From positions 1 through 64,000 of the forward strand of contig CT868663.1 of NCBI GenBank assembly GCA_000165425.1: a stretch of 64,000 nt of DNA, written 5' to 3'. This DNA is from Paramecium tetraurelia. Its lineage: Eukaryota. The notes under the pieces are model-generated. The model was not told where the DNA came from. It did not search any database and was given only the letters and a program-made list of their open reading frames with translations. Each line of letters opens with the position of its first letter. Position 1 is the first letter of the stretch. A program made the position numbers and the translations under genes. Shown piece by piece: positions 13,370-26,670 of the stretch.

Positions 13370-16300
13370 TCATAGGAGGCCATCTAACCTTTCTTACCCT
13401 TCTTCCAGTTATGGAGTTGCTTATCCTAAATTTCCTATGGTTTGCATAATATTTTTGGTTTTAATAATTTTGGTACCTTAAATTGTTTTCCCAAAAGGTT
13501 TTTTTATAGTGTCTATTAACTTAAAACCTTGTAATTTTTCTCCTAACCTTTTTAATTTCCACCCTTTCTTAATTGTCATAAAATAAAATGAGTATTTTGA
13601 TGATTCAGGATATTATCTTTTTTTACCAAAGAACTTTTGTATTCTTGCATATCTTTTGATTACAATATCATAATTGCTAAATGGAAAAAAATGAGTAAAC
13701 ATCTACATCTTATCAAATTGAGAAAATATTTAAGGTATAGTTGGTAAGTAAGTTTGATTATCTATGGCAGAAGTCATGTTCTGATTACCCTCTGTAGGTT
13801 CTTGAATTTATTTTGTGTATGTTTTAGTTGTTGAGTGTTTCTTCCCAGCTTATCTTTTCATATTAGTATTGTTATTAGTTTATATTTCAATTTCAGAAGC
13901 CAACTTATCTGGAGTAGCAGTCCTTCTCAAAATGTCTTATTATAATCTATTCTGAGTAAGTGTTCTAGATAGAAGAGAAGCTTGTCTAGGTATTTCTTCA
14001 GATGATTCTTTTCTGATAAAAGTGATTTTCTATTTTTGAGACCTATCTGAGGTTTTTTAAACTGATGGTACTATAATTTGATCTTTCTCTTCTGATGATG
14101 ATTCTTCGGAAATTGGTTATTCTATTTCATAATCTTTAGTTAATTCAAACTTTTTGCTTTCCCTTAAACTAGCACTTCCAAATCCTGCTGTCTACACTGT
14201 CCCTCTTGGATTGACTACCTTTCTTGTGTATAATTTTGATTCATCATCTTCCTCATTACCTACCTGATTAGGCTTTTGACTAACTCTACTCAATGTTCTA
14301 GAATTACTCCTTTGATTCAGTGTTGAAGGTACATCAATTTCAACTTAAAACTATAATTAAAATTCATACCTTTTGATTCGTCTTCATAAGTGTAATTGTC
14401 ATTAGCAATTTGTGAAGGCTATTCATTCTCCTCATTTTCAAAATCAGTTGGCTATTAATAAAAATCATTTTAAAAGTCTTTAGCTCTCTAAACTAAATAT
14501 TTCAGTTGACTCCATTTATGTCTATAAGGTTTTGCACCTCGAACAATTATTCCAGAACGAGATTGACTATAAGGATAAAGTTCTTTCTTTAATATTGCTT
14601 CTTTATCTGCACAAAAATGGAGGTAATTGCAAGAATCAATTAAATGAGAAGTACTTTAACAACTGTAGCATTAAATCTACAAAGAATTAAAATCTCCTTA
14701 TTTTAATTAATGTTTCACTTCACAAAACTTTTCATAATCATTAGGAAATGAGGATAATATCTTCAAGAAGTTTTCTCTTTTTATTTTAAATACTTTTGTG
14801 AACCCTCTTGAAATGGCAGTGCATTTTCTAGGTTCTCCTGTAAAAAATGAAAGTTCACCAAAGAAATCACCTTAAGAAAGATATTTCAAACTGTTTCTTT
14901 TGACTCTTTCATTTAGGTTGTTCATGCCTTCAAATATCAATTCGATTTCTCCTTTTGTAATTATATATAAACAACTATCATCAATTTAATTAATAGTAAT
15001 AATCCTCTCTTCAGGTGAAAAACTCTGTTCTTCCATTTATCCTAATAAACACTTGATCATTTTTTCAGAAAATATCTTGACCATCACTTTACAATTTCTG
15101 AGTATATTTCCTCTTAATTAAAATTAGAGTTCATCTTATAAATGACTGCTTAATTTACAAATGATTTAAGAAACCTCATCGTCATTCATGTTTTATTCCT
15201 CCTACCAAATATATTCCAAGTAACTCCTTATTCTAGTCTGAAGTTCAAATTGAATACTATTTTTAGACATAAAAGTATTGATTAGAGTAACACTTCTACT
15301 GTATTCCATAGTTCCTTTATACATGTTTGACACAAATATTCCTATACTATTTACTGAATAGGCAAAAACAATTGAGGCTATAAACATTGTCAGATTATTA
15401 ATCAATAATTCAGCATCATTCTTTGCAGTTATATCTCCATATCCCACTGTTGTCATTGTCATTGTAGCCCAATATATAGCTGTATTATATTTCGATCCAT
15501 TCCCTGAATCCCTTAAAATTATAAGCATCCAACCAAGAATATGAATCATTGTAAAAGGCTACTCCATGCCATACACATGCACAAATATGAGCAATAAATA
15601 ATATGATCATTGTGAGTTTTAGTAATCCAACTAAATCATTTAAGGATCCATTTAAATTGAAAAATCTCATATATTATGAATAAAATACTCTTGAATTTAC
15701 GCTAGTATTTTATTAATTTTTGTCATTCTCAAGACATAAAATGTGGAACAAAATATGATCTGAAGGGTCAGGTTATTGTCAATATCACGATCTTATTAAC
15801 TGTCATTTAAAATAAAGAATTGAATTGTAACTGTGCTTATTGAGACCTTTTATACTAATATACATCTTTATATTTACAAGGTCTACAAATGCATATTGCT
15901 TAAAATAATTAACTATGATTCTCTTTCTATCTTTGATTATTATTCCTTTATAAATGAATGCTAAATTCAATCCAACCACAACATCGAAACTTAGAATTGT
16001 CAAAAGGATGATCTCAATCATTTGGTTTTGTGATTTTTGGTTTAGGAGTTATCCAATGTTTTCTAATTAAAATGAAATCTTGTATGGCAGCCAAAAAAAT
16101 ATCAAAACATATGTGAAAATTTAAAACAAATCCCAAATAAAAATTAATTTACTATATGGGGTGAAGACTTCTAATTAAAGGAAGAACTTTCTAATAATTT
16201 CACAAATGTTTATTTGCTTCTTGGTACAATCTTCTTCCGAATAAACTTCATTTTCAAATTATAAATCATCAAGTGCTTAAATTTAAAAAGGAGTTAGCTG

Positions 16301-16684
16301 ATGCAATTTCCTTAAATAGCTTCTGTTCCATAAATTATTTATGAAGTTATTTTGTAGACTTTTAGAGATAATAAGTTTTAAAAATTATGGCTTACCTCCA
16401 GTTTCTAATTCTTCGTCAATAGCATAGGCGGACTAATATTCTGAACGTTTCAATCCTTTATATGATTTATGCATATCCATTGGGACAACATCCATTAGGT
16501 CTTTGCTTTAGTCTTAAACTTTTGATTGGTCTCGAACAGTAAATGAGTTACTGTCTGGAGATTTTTAGCAAATATCCCCGTCTCCAAGTAAAATTCTTTG
16601 AGAAACCATCATCAAATTGGGACCATGAAAGTTTTCCACTTAAAATCAAGATTATTAATTACATTAGTCTATTGAGTCACTCAT
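13370..16684 (-). CDS. Cyclic-nucleotide-binding-domain (EAG/HCN-like) K+ channel
   Basis: Pore YWATMTMTTVGYGD, AHICACVWH S5, C-linker RIRSYLEY, CNBD GDFFGELSFFTGEPR, C-terminal FDKMQMFTHFFPFSNY. Confidence 0.93.
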
Positions 16685-16811
16685 TATTTTAATATATATA
16701 TAATTAATGAGATTTTAAATTAGAAAACTTCCATAAAATTGATATAATTATCGTTTAATTTAATAATGCATTAACAACAAATTAATCCAATAATTTTAAT
16801 ACAATATTTAA

Positions 16812-17468
16812 TCAAAATCTTAGAGATTTCAAAATAATATCATTTTATTTTGAATTATATGTCCTAAGAATTTATTCATTTCTATCAAGTGGATGTTTAT
16901 ATTTTTTAATTTACGTATTTGGTAAAGTTTATATTCTTTTGGAAATGTTCACATCAGGTTTTTAGTCGCAATTGAAAATTTCATTAATATAATTTCTAAT
17001 CATACAATTAGTTCTTCCTCTGATATAAATTTCATAATTTTTTGATTTGATCATGTTTTCAAATCCATTAACTTTCTTTGAAGGCGTCTCAAAATCAGCT
17101 AGTTTATCCAAATGTTGTGCTGACTTTTTCATATAAAAAATTTTGTTCTAAACTGTGTTGTTTATAGATTAAAATGATTTTGATTTGACCTCGTTTCTAA
17201 TTAGACCTTTTGCTCGTTTAACTACAAGGGTTTTCGTATTACATCTTAATAATAATTTTTTATTCAATTCTTCATGCTCATCTGTTGGCATAAACAAGTC
17301 AAGACGCTTCTCCTTATCTGAAGCAAGCCAATAATCAGTACTTTTTCTCCTTAGTTCTGGTTCCTTAAATAATTGTCTTTTTCGAAATGACTAGTTTTTA
17401 AATTTGGCTAATTGTTCCTTCAACCCAACATTAAGGATTGTGGATATTCTGTCCTCTGAAGTTATCAT
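16812..17468 (-). CDS. Hypothetical basic protein (218 aa)
   Basis: Intron-less code-6 ORF from ATG 17468 to TGA, MITSEDRISTILNVGLK...; no domain recognised. Confidence 0.7.
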
Positions 17469-17669
17469 TTGTAAATTATTAAATACAATTAGATCTAATA
17501 TTCTTAATTATCTTTAAAATCTTTAATTATTTGTAATAAATAAGTAAGATCCCATCAAAGAAAGAACTAATAACGAACTACATAATAATAATTAATATTA
17601 TAAGTCAAGTCTTAATTAATATATTTTATAATTTAAGATAAAAACTTCTATTTTATTCGAATTATTCAG

Positions 17670-18173
17670 ATGTTTGGAAAAAATATCTATTCAGATGCTA
17701 TTCCCAATTTTCCTGATATACCAGAAGACTATTTTGATATTAAGAATGAGGGAACAATAAATGAATTAATGGATCTATATCATTCCTCAAAACAACTAAT
17801 TCCAGTTAATGGATCAGTTTCAAATCAATTTAGAGAAAAATAATAAGGATTGTTAAACTTATTTGATTTGCTAGACAATCAATTGAAATCTAATTCGTGC
17901 AAACCAGATATTTATGAACCTGAATAAATAGATTGCACTATTAATACTCCATATCACAATTTCGACTATTATAATCTATCCAATGTAGAGTATGATCAAA
18001 GTGAAGCCTAAAAAGAAGCTGATAAATTCTTAAACAATAAGACTAATGATTTATAGGGAAAATTTGAGTAGATGCAAATTGAAACTAAACATATTAACAA
18101 ATAATAATAAAATGGAAAATTAACAAAAAAAATGGAACTCTTATCTTTTTAAGATGAAGAGTGTAATGATTGA
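17670..18173 (+). CDS. Hypothetical protein (167 aa)
   Basis: Intron-less code-6 ORF MFGKNIYSDAIPNFPDIPEDYF... ending at TGA 18171-18173. Confidence 0.7.
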
Positions 18174-18225
18174 TATTTCATTTAATTTCTGTTGTTTATA
18201 TTGTCAAATATTTTTATTAAATTTT

Positions 18226-20010
18226 ATGAAAAGTGTAATTGAACTAGTAAAAATACTTCTCTAAATTAATAGTTGAACAAATGCAATTATTCAAAAAGGC
18301 GAATCCATGATTTTGGACAAATTTAAGATGGAATCCTATTTGCATAATTGGAAGATGAATTGTAATATATAAATCCTCCAAAATTATTATAGCTTTAAAA
18401 CCGACTTGAAACAACATCTCTGGAACTTGATTATAACTCATTTGTAAAGGATAAGAAGAAATCATAACCTATATACTAAAGAATTTAAAGAAGATATTGC
18501 TAATTCTGATTGTAATGAAGAATTAGCTAAGTTTATCAAATATTTTCTAGAAACTATTTTTTATGTAAATAAAGAGGAGGCCATTTACTATATGAAATAA
18601 TGTACAGTTAATTAGTAAGAAGAGATAGTATAATTTTTGTAAAATGATTTATTGGAATCAAATAGTCTATAAGACTTAGGACCATGTGAGTTTTAAACAA
18701 CAAACACCATTATATCACTTGAAGAAAACTTGTATAGCAAGGATAATATCATCATTTAATAAACTAAATAAATTGAGTAGTTGAAATATGATTATCAAAA
18801 TATCTTAGATGATATGAAAACTAAAATTGATATGCATGAAGAAACAATCGATAAATTAACAGCTCAAGCTAATTTTTTCTTAGAAAAGGTCATTTGTGAT
18901 GATTTTGAAGAAGCATGTTATAAATTTCAAGAATTTGCAAAAGATTAAGAAAAAAATAAAAAGTAAATTGAAGAACTTAACAATTTAGTGTAAAATTAAT
19001 AAACTGAAATTTTGAACAAAAGGAAGAAAAATTAAAAATTGAAATCATAATTATCATCTAATCAACCTACTGAAAGAGCATCATTAGATTATGAAACTAC
19101 AGATCAAAAAGATTCTTCTGAAACTAGAACAATTGAACTTCTTAAAAAGGAAATTCAAAATTAAAAGGATGAAAATCTAAAACTTTTGAGTAAACAAGCT
19201 GAATATGAATAATAAATTAGTAAGTTTAGAAAAAAATTATACGAATAAGAACAAGAAACTGCTTAATATAAAAAGAAGATGGAAAAGTACAAATTAGAAT
19301 TAGATGATTATTTAAATTCAAATTAAGAAAAAAGGACATTTTTAGATAATCATAGACCTTAAGGGTTATTGTCTTCTAATACCAGCTAGATTATAGAAAT
19401 AGAATAAAAATTTGGGGTGTCCCCACAGTTAAATGGCTTTGACATTAATTAATCATTAATTAGGTATGAACATCCTGTTAGCTATATCAATTAATCTTTT
19501 AAAAGTCCTGATGAAAATAATGTAGCCAAGCTTTAATTACAGATAGCAGAGAAAAATAATAAAATTGCCAATTTAGAAAAATAAATCAATGTAATTTAAC
19601 ACGGAACTCATTCAAGGGGAGGCTCTTTGACAAAGTTCACCCAAATGTAATAGGAAAGACATGCTGAATACTCAAATTTATTAGAAGTAATTATATATAT
19701 AGACTTTTAGAATATTGGTTTTTATATATAGTATACTAGAATAAAAGACTAAGAAGTCAAACAAATAAAAGAGTAATAAAATGAAAATTTCTAAACAATT
19801 TGTCGGTAATTAATCTAATAGAATCGATAAATATAGAAATTGAACGCTCTCATCTTTGAGTTTCAAAACTAAGAATAAGTAAAAGAAAATAGTCAAACGT
19901 AAAATGAAGATCCATAAAACTTACATCAATATTATATGTAAGCCTTAAATGATAAAGATAAATTATTACAATTAATAACTACAATATTCTATGAACATGT
20001 AAAAATTTGA
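18226..20010 (+). CDS. Long coiled-coil protein, possibly HOOK-like
   Basis: Short introns; N-terminal QDGILF...EEAIYYMKQCTVNQQEEIVQFL, then extended heptad-like E/K/Q-rich sequence; C-terminal LITTIFYE. Confidence 0.7.
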
Positions 20011-21071
20011 ACGTATATTTTTGTTTTTACTTTTATGAAATCATTTTAAGAATTCTTAAATTTAATTTATAAAATAACCTTTTTATTCTTAAAGCTATTT
20101 TAAGTTATATTTGACTTAAAATTATAAAAGAATATTATATATTCAAAGCAAACTATTCAAAAATCTGAAAATATAACTAAAAGTCCTTTCAAAATATTAA
20201 ATTTTAGAAATTTATTAAAATAATTAAAAATATTATAATCCTACTAATGATGAATACAAAGAAAGGTTCAATGTCTTCACAAACTCCTTAATTACATTAA
20301 CTCTCTAATGTCTTTGAGATAATAGCAAGATATAGTATTTTATGTACAGAGGACAAGTAATTACTATATTTTAAATTCGAAGTTATATTTAAAAACAAAA
20401 CATCGCACAATTAAGTAAATACGAAAAACCTCGCTAAAAAAGGTCGCAATCTTTATTGGACCAAGTTTTAGAAAAAAAAAGTGAACTATTGTCAAATTTC
20501 TAAAAAAGAAAAAGTTTTATGCAGAAAAAAAGGAATATTATCTGATTATCCTATGTTATATTTCTTATAATATTATTTAAAGTAGATATTTAGTAATCAT
20601 TCATACATTTGCAAAATACTAATAATATTTTATATACATTAGTAAGTGTCAAATAATTTGTTGACAATTCAGATTGAAAGTTTTTATTAAATGTTGAAAT
20701 TATAATGGAAGTTAAAGAGTATTAAAATTAATAGATAGTTTTAGAAATTCATTAATCATTATATTTAACTTATTATGGAGCCTGTCTTTAATATGAATTT
20801 TAATAATTTGAACTTTTTAACTATTTTGAATTAGAAAATCTAGAGTTGTACAAAATTTTTATAAATTAAATTAGAAATAATCAATTACTATTTCAAGAAA
20901 ATACAAATTATAAAACATAAGCTATAATAGATTTTTAATTGGAAATATACCCTAAAATAATTCATAAATGCATAATATATAAAGCCTTTCATTAAAATTT
21001 TTGTAACATAAAAAATAAATAAATTCATAATTATTAATGAAAAAAATTTGAATTTGAATTAGATTACTCAT

Positions 21072-24003
21072 TCAATTTATATTTTTTTAGTAAATCTCCC
21101 CTTAAAGAATTTTAAAGGAAATAATTAAAGGTTTACTTTATTAAGGATTGAGTAATATTTTCTCATTTAAGATGTTTAGTATTTAAATCCAATGCTTTTA
21201 TTCTTCATCTTCTAATTTTTGATTTTTTTTGATACTATTCAATGTTTAGACATATTCATTGAGCCATCCCTTTCTTAATTCAAAAAATTTTTATTCAACT
21301 TCAGAATTGTCTAAAAATAAAAATATGATTACTTCGAACTTTTAAAAATTTATTTTATTATTCATCATTGAAAAGTTCTGATTCCATGCATAAGATTGAA
21401 AATCTATCAAATGATAGATATTTCTCTTCATCTAATTACATGTCAGCTGCTTCTTCAAATATTTCTATAAGTTTAGTTTCATCATATTTCTAAGGTTCTA
21501 TATATTTATTCAATAAGATCCATTCATGAGCATCTACAAACCCATTGCCATCTAAATCACAAGCATTAAATGCATTAATAACATATAATTTAGTTTTTTC
21601 AATATTATTCCTAAATACTACTAACACTCTGAGCATCATTTAATCGAAATCGATAATTCCACTTTTATTCTTATCGTCTGACTCTTTCAACTATTCTATT
21701 TCCTATTTCAAATAGTTCATTTCTTCTCCAGAAAAATACCAGTTTTATAGACTTGAAACATAAGCAAGAGCCCTAAGATAAGGAACATAGAACTTTAGGT
21801 TATACTCATTTTCTTTAACTTAAACCCCTAGCTAATGTTAATTTTGGATAAACTCATGTGCTTAGAGATATTTCTATTATTCCTCTACTGTATAATTTAC
21901 TTTATCTTCCAATAATCCTAAGAATTTGGCAAATATGTTGACTCTTATGATACTTAAATATTTTTTTATTGATAATATCAGAATTAAGAATCTTTGCTCA
22001 GTAATTCTAGTATATCCAAACTACTATAAAAAATAGTTATAGATGTATGAAGCCATATCCTAGTCTCTTAATAGTTTATTTTCTCTTTGATTATATATTT
22101 TATCTTAATAAATTGTATAAATAAATTTAAGGACTAATTTGATGGGCATATAGTTTGTGAATTTTTATGGATTTTTATTTTTTACCTTTTCTATTAGTAA
22201 TCTAGATTGATTTCTTTGAAATTCATAAGATATTGAAATCTAAGAAGTTTTATTAAATAATTACTTTGCTACCAAGATTTCTAATTTTTCTAATTTTTCT
22301 TCCTTGTTTACTTTAATTTTTCTTTAACATAGTCTCATCTATTTAAATTTCAGTATCTGACAACATCTCAAGAGGTCTTTAGAAATTACTTTAATTTTCT
22401 AATAACTCTAATTTTTTTAATAGTTCTTAAATTTCATTTTTTAATTATTAGTTTTCCTCTCTGATTTAAACCTTGTCTTTGAGCATTTGAATCAATTATG
22501 AATTCAATTCAGTAATTTCTTATTTTTAGAATGCTGATATTTTATCGATTTCCAATTATCTTTCGTGTAAATATTTCATGAAAGATATTAAATCATTTCT
22601 ATTTGAAGAGGAGCTTTTATCGAGTATATTAAAAGTAGAAGCTGGCTATTAGGATATCATCATTGAATTATATTAATTTTCATAAAGGTTTTGGTTATAT
22701 TCTTAACTTGATTTAAATGGATTGTCAGTATGGATTTCATCATTTAATGAAAGGAAAAAATCTATATAATGTAGAGTATTATCAATGTAGTCTAAATTAA
22801 TAACATCATATCTTCTATCCATCAAGGAAATATGTGTTTGAGTCTCTGACATTGAAAATAGATCACTCATCAATTCAAATGTAGTCTAAGTTTCTTTAGA
22901 TCGATATTCAATTATTGTATCATGATTCAAAATAACTTCATCTAATCGATATTCACCCATATCTATGCTATCTGAATAGTTATCTAAAGAGAAGGAATCA
23001 GACTTAATCATCATGAGTTTTTCTAAATTTTGAGAGTTCTATAACGAATCTACCGATCGCTTAATGCTATCCAAATCATCTTGACCTTCTTCTCTTTGTG
23101 AGTTCCCAAAGGTTTGTTTGTTTCTAGCATTTAAAATCTTTATTTTTCGAATAAGATAATTTTTATCTTCTTGCAATTTTAGTATTTATTAATGTTTTAA
23201 ATTGGTTTCTTTTGTTTTTAAGGTTAACTTTTTGGTTAATTGATTATTCTTATCAACTATTATAATGAAGTTAGTTTCTATATCTTTGATTTTAGATTAC
23301 AGTTGAGCGACTTCTTAATTAAGATTGTAAATTTGTATTTCATATTAAACCTTTTTCGAATTAAAATTCCTATCAATTCGATGAATTTCCTCTTGTTTTT
23401 CAATTTCGAATTTTCTCTCATTAATATTTAAATCTATTTGTTACTCATTTAATTCAGTATTTTTAGCTTACATAAATTTATTAAATAATGATCCTAATTC
23501 TCGAAATTCCTATGACAGAGTATCGGCAATGAATCTTTCCGTTTATTCAAGCAGGGAATTTCTATTTTGGTTATTAATTTATTCTGTAAACAAATTTTCG
23601 ATTTATTACATTTATCTTCTTTTTTAAATATATGTGGTATTGAAGTTCATAGACTTTTCTCCTGTCACAGAATTATGTCGAGGAGATGCAGGGGATGTTG
23701 GCGAAGATAAGAAATTTTTTTTCTCAAAGCTATCAATCACAATACTTTATAGACAATTTTAAGATGCTTATTAGCGAGATCTTAAAAATCTAGTAGTTTC
23801 TTTCAATATTATCAAATAAAGTTACATTAGCGTTGTCTACTTTTCTCTTTGTAATCTTGTATTATTTTTTGAGAATCAATTTTCTAAATCTGATCATGAA
23901 TTAATGTTTTGAAAGTTTTTGGATTATTTCTTTTCAAATTTATGAATGCCTTTTAAAAATTACCTTTAGGACTGTAAAACTTTGAACATGTCGCTATCTC
24001 CAT
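21072..24003 (-). CDS. Large coiled-coil protein with C-terminal EF-hand
   Basis: ATG 24003; long code-6 frame with tiny introns; EF loop AFNACDLDGNGFVDAHEW. Confidence 0.8.
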
Positions 24004-24098
24004 TTATTATTTATATTTATTGCAAATACTGAAAATATATTTTTGATTTGTTTTCTCATAGTATATTTAATAATAATATTTTCTTTTTTATAAAGACC

Positions 24099-24769
24099 AT
24101 GTTATTGTCATACAAAGAATTTTTAAAGAATGCGAAGATCATTCTTGGATCACAAAGCAAGGGAAGGCAGGGATTGTTAAATATGGTTGATTTATTTAAA
24201 TTTGAAGTTTTTCCTTCTACTTTTGAAGAAAACTTAGATAAATAGCTTGACCCACTAACTTATGTTTAAAAGACATGCGAAGGCAAAGTCATAAATCTTC
24301 TTGAAACATTCAAATAAAACAATTAATAATGGGATATTTGTATTTTCGCAGACACTGTGTGTGAGATTAATGGAAAAATAATAGAGAAGCCTAATACAAA
24401 GGAAGACGCATACAATTTTTTAAAGTTGTTCAGTAATTCATTACATTTGGTACACACAAGTGTTTATGTCGTTGGAAAAAATGACAAAAATTAAATATTC
24501 TAATTGAATGGAGTGGAAACCACAGAAGTCCACTTTTAATATTTGCCAGAACAGAGTATTCAAATTTATGTTGAAGATGAATCAAATTGGAAAGGAAGAG
24601 CAGGCGGATATGCAATACAAGCCCTAGGAAATATGTTTATAAAAAAAATCAATGGGTAATTATAAATGATATATATTATAGCGATTATTCTAATGTTATC
24701 GGATTGCCTTTACCAGTATTGGATAAATTGATGTCTGAAATCATAGAATTATTGATAAAAAAGGATTGA
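24099..24769 (+). CDS. maf: Maf/YhdE-family nucleoside triphosphate pyrophosphatase
   Basis: IILGSQSKGRQGLL, FEENLDK, ADTV, IEKP, RAGGYAIQ, DYSNVIGLPL; one 26-nt intron. Confidence 0.92.
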
Positions 24770-24981
24770 GTTATTATTTATATATAAACTGACTTTATCC
24801 TTTGTTAGCTCTTCTATACAGTTTGTTTGTGCTATACTTAACTAAATATAATTATATTATATCCAATTTGGGTATTCTTCATATAAAAAGTAACATAATC
24901 TGTATTAAAAATCAAGTTCATATAAAATAAATCCTTAAAAAAGAATATTTAATAATAATATTTGGTTTTTATTATAATTCA

Positions 24982-26663
24982 TCAATAAAATAAATTTATA
25001 TGATTTTCACTTACGCATAAGATGCTTTTATTATCATAGTCAACACAATAAGTTGCTACATTTCTTCTTTGATCTAAATATATCAATTTAAAAATTACTA
25101 TTTATTTCATGCAAGAGAGTAGTTATTCTGTAATCATAAATTCTCACTTTTGTATCAGAGGATTGGATTACCACTATTCCTGATTAGAATTGAATGAGTC
25201 TCTAGGGTAAAAATTGAATTGTAAACACCCGAACTTGTACTTTCTTGTCGCAATCCCATTATCGAAATGTTTTATCCAACCCACAAGACAAAATTTGATT
25301 CTCTTCAGATATAGCTAATATTCCTGTAACACTGTCAGTATGGCCACTAAATTTAAAAACTGGTCTGCTATATTTATAATTTATGCCATCCCATAATCTA
25401 ATTGATTTGTCTTAAGATCCAGAAGCTATTAAATTTATTTTCTTCACAAAAGCCACACTATACACATCTCCAGTATGACCTGAATAAGTAAAGAAGTATT
25501 ATCCATTATCATAATTCCAAACTCTAACAGTGTTATCAGCAGATCCTACTAAAAGACTAATAATATTAATAAGATTCTATTTACAGATTAATTATTTTTG
25601 ATTTTGATACTGATATTCCTTCACAGACTGTTAAACATAAAGCTTAACTAACTTATTATTCTAAATCAAATTTTAGTGCAATTTGAAAGGCTCTTTCAGT
25701 TTCTGAATAGAATTTTTCCCATATTTTAAGTACTTTATCTTAAGCACTGGATACAAATAATTTTTCGTTTAATCCTTTTGCCAATATTTTGACACTATCT
25801 TTATGGGCATCTAATTAAAATAGTTCATCAAATGAATTGCATTCATAAAGGACTAGTTTACCACATTTAGTGCCTATAATTATTTAGCTTTCAGATGATA
25901 AAATAGAATTAACTATATATTATGATTAAAATTAATTTTAAATCGTTATTTTTTTAATTTATTCAACTGAAACATTGCCTAATTAAGATGACATAGATTA
26001 ATTTACTGATTTAATTTCATGCTATTTGTTTAAAGGTTTCGATTTAGGATCGAAAATCAATTAAATGTCATTTTCAAATTACTGAACATCAATGGTAGCA
26101 AGAGTTTTCATAAATTGTTTTGCAAAATCTTCTAATATTTAAATGGTATTAGTTTATAATGATATTATTTTCTAATGATTAATTTTATCTGATTTAATAA
26201 TAGCACTTTGTAGTGAAGTTATAGATTCAATGCAATCATAGTCATCCTTTTTCCTCATTTCTTAGATCTTTTATAACAATTTCTGATTCTCCTCCATCTC
26301 AGTTTGATGCTGCTCTGCTTTCATCCTCAATTTGTATAGATTCTACAATAACACTGATTGGATATTCTAACATAATTATTCTAAGAAGCCGATTGAGTTT
26401 TTTTTGAATTCTGTGATAATATCCAAATACTTCTGTTCTAATTGATTCAAATCTTGATGCATATCCTCTTCTTAAATCAGACTCTGAGCTAGCGATTCTA
26501 CCAAATCGATATCAATGATGCTATTGTTTTACAACGGTTTTGTAGTATTATCTATGACTTACTATTGCAAATCTGATGGTAAGAGACAGAGAGGACATTA
26601 AAGACGATCCAATTTTTTACTGTAGAAAGAGCACTGCTTAAAGGGGTGGATTTAACAATTCAT
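24982..26663 (-). CDS. B-box-like zinc finger / coiled-coil / WD40-repeat protein
   Basis: MNCQIHPFKQCSFYSKKLDRLQCPLC N-terminus; WD repeats GSADNTVRVWN, GHTGDVYSV, ASGSQDKSIRLWD, GHTDSVT. Confidence 0.85.
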
Positions 26664-26670
26664 AAATTTA

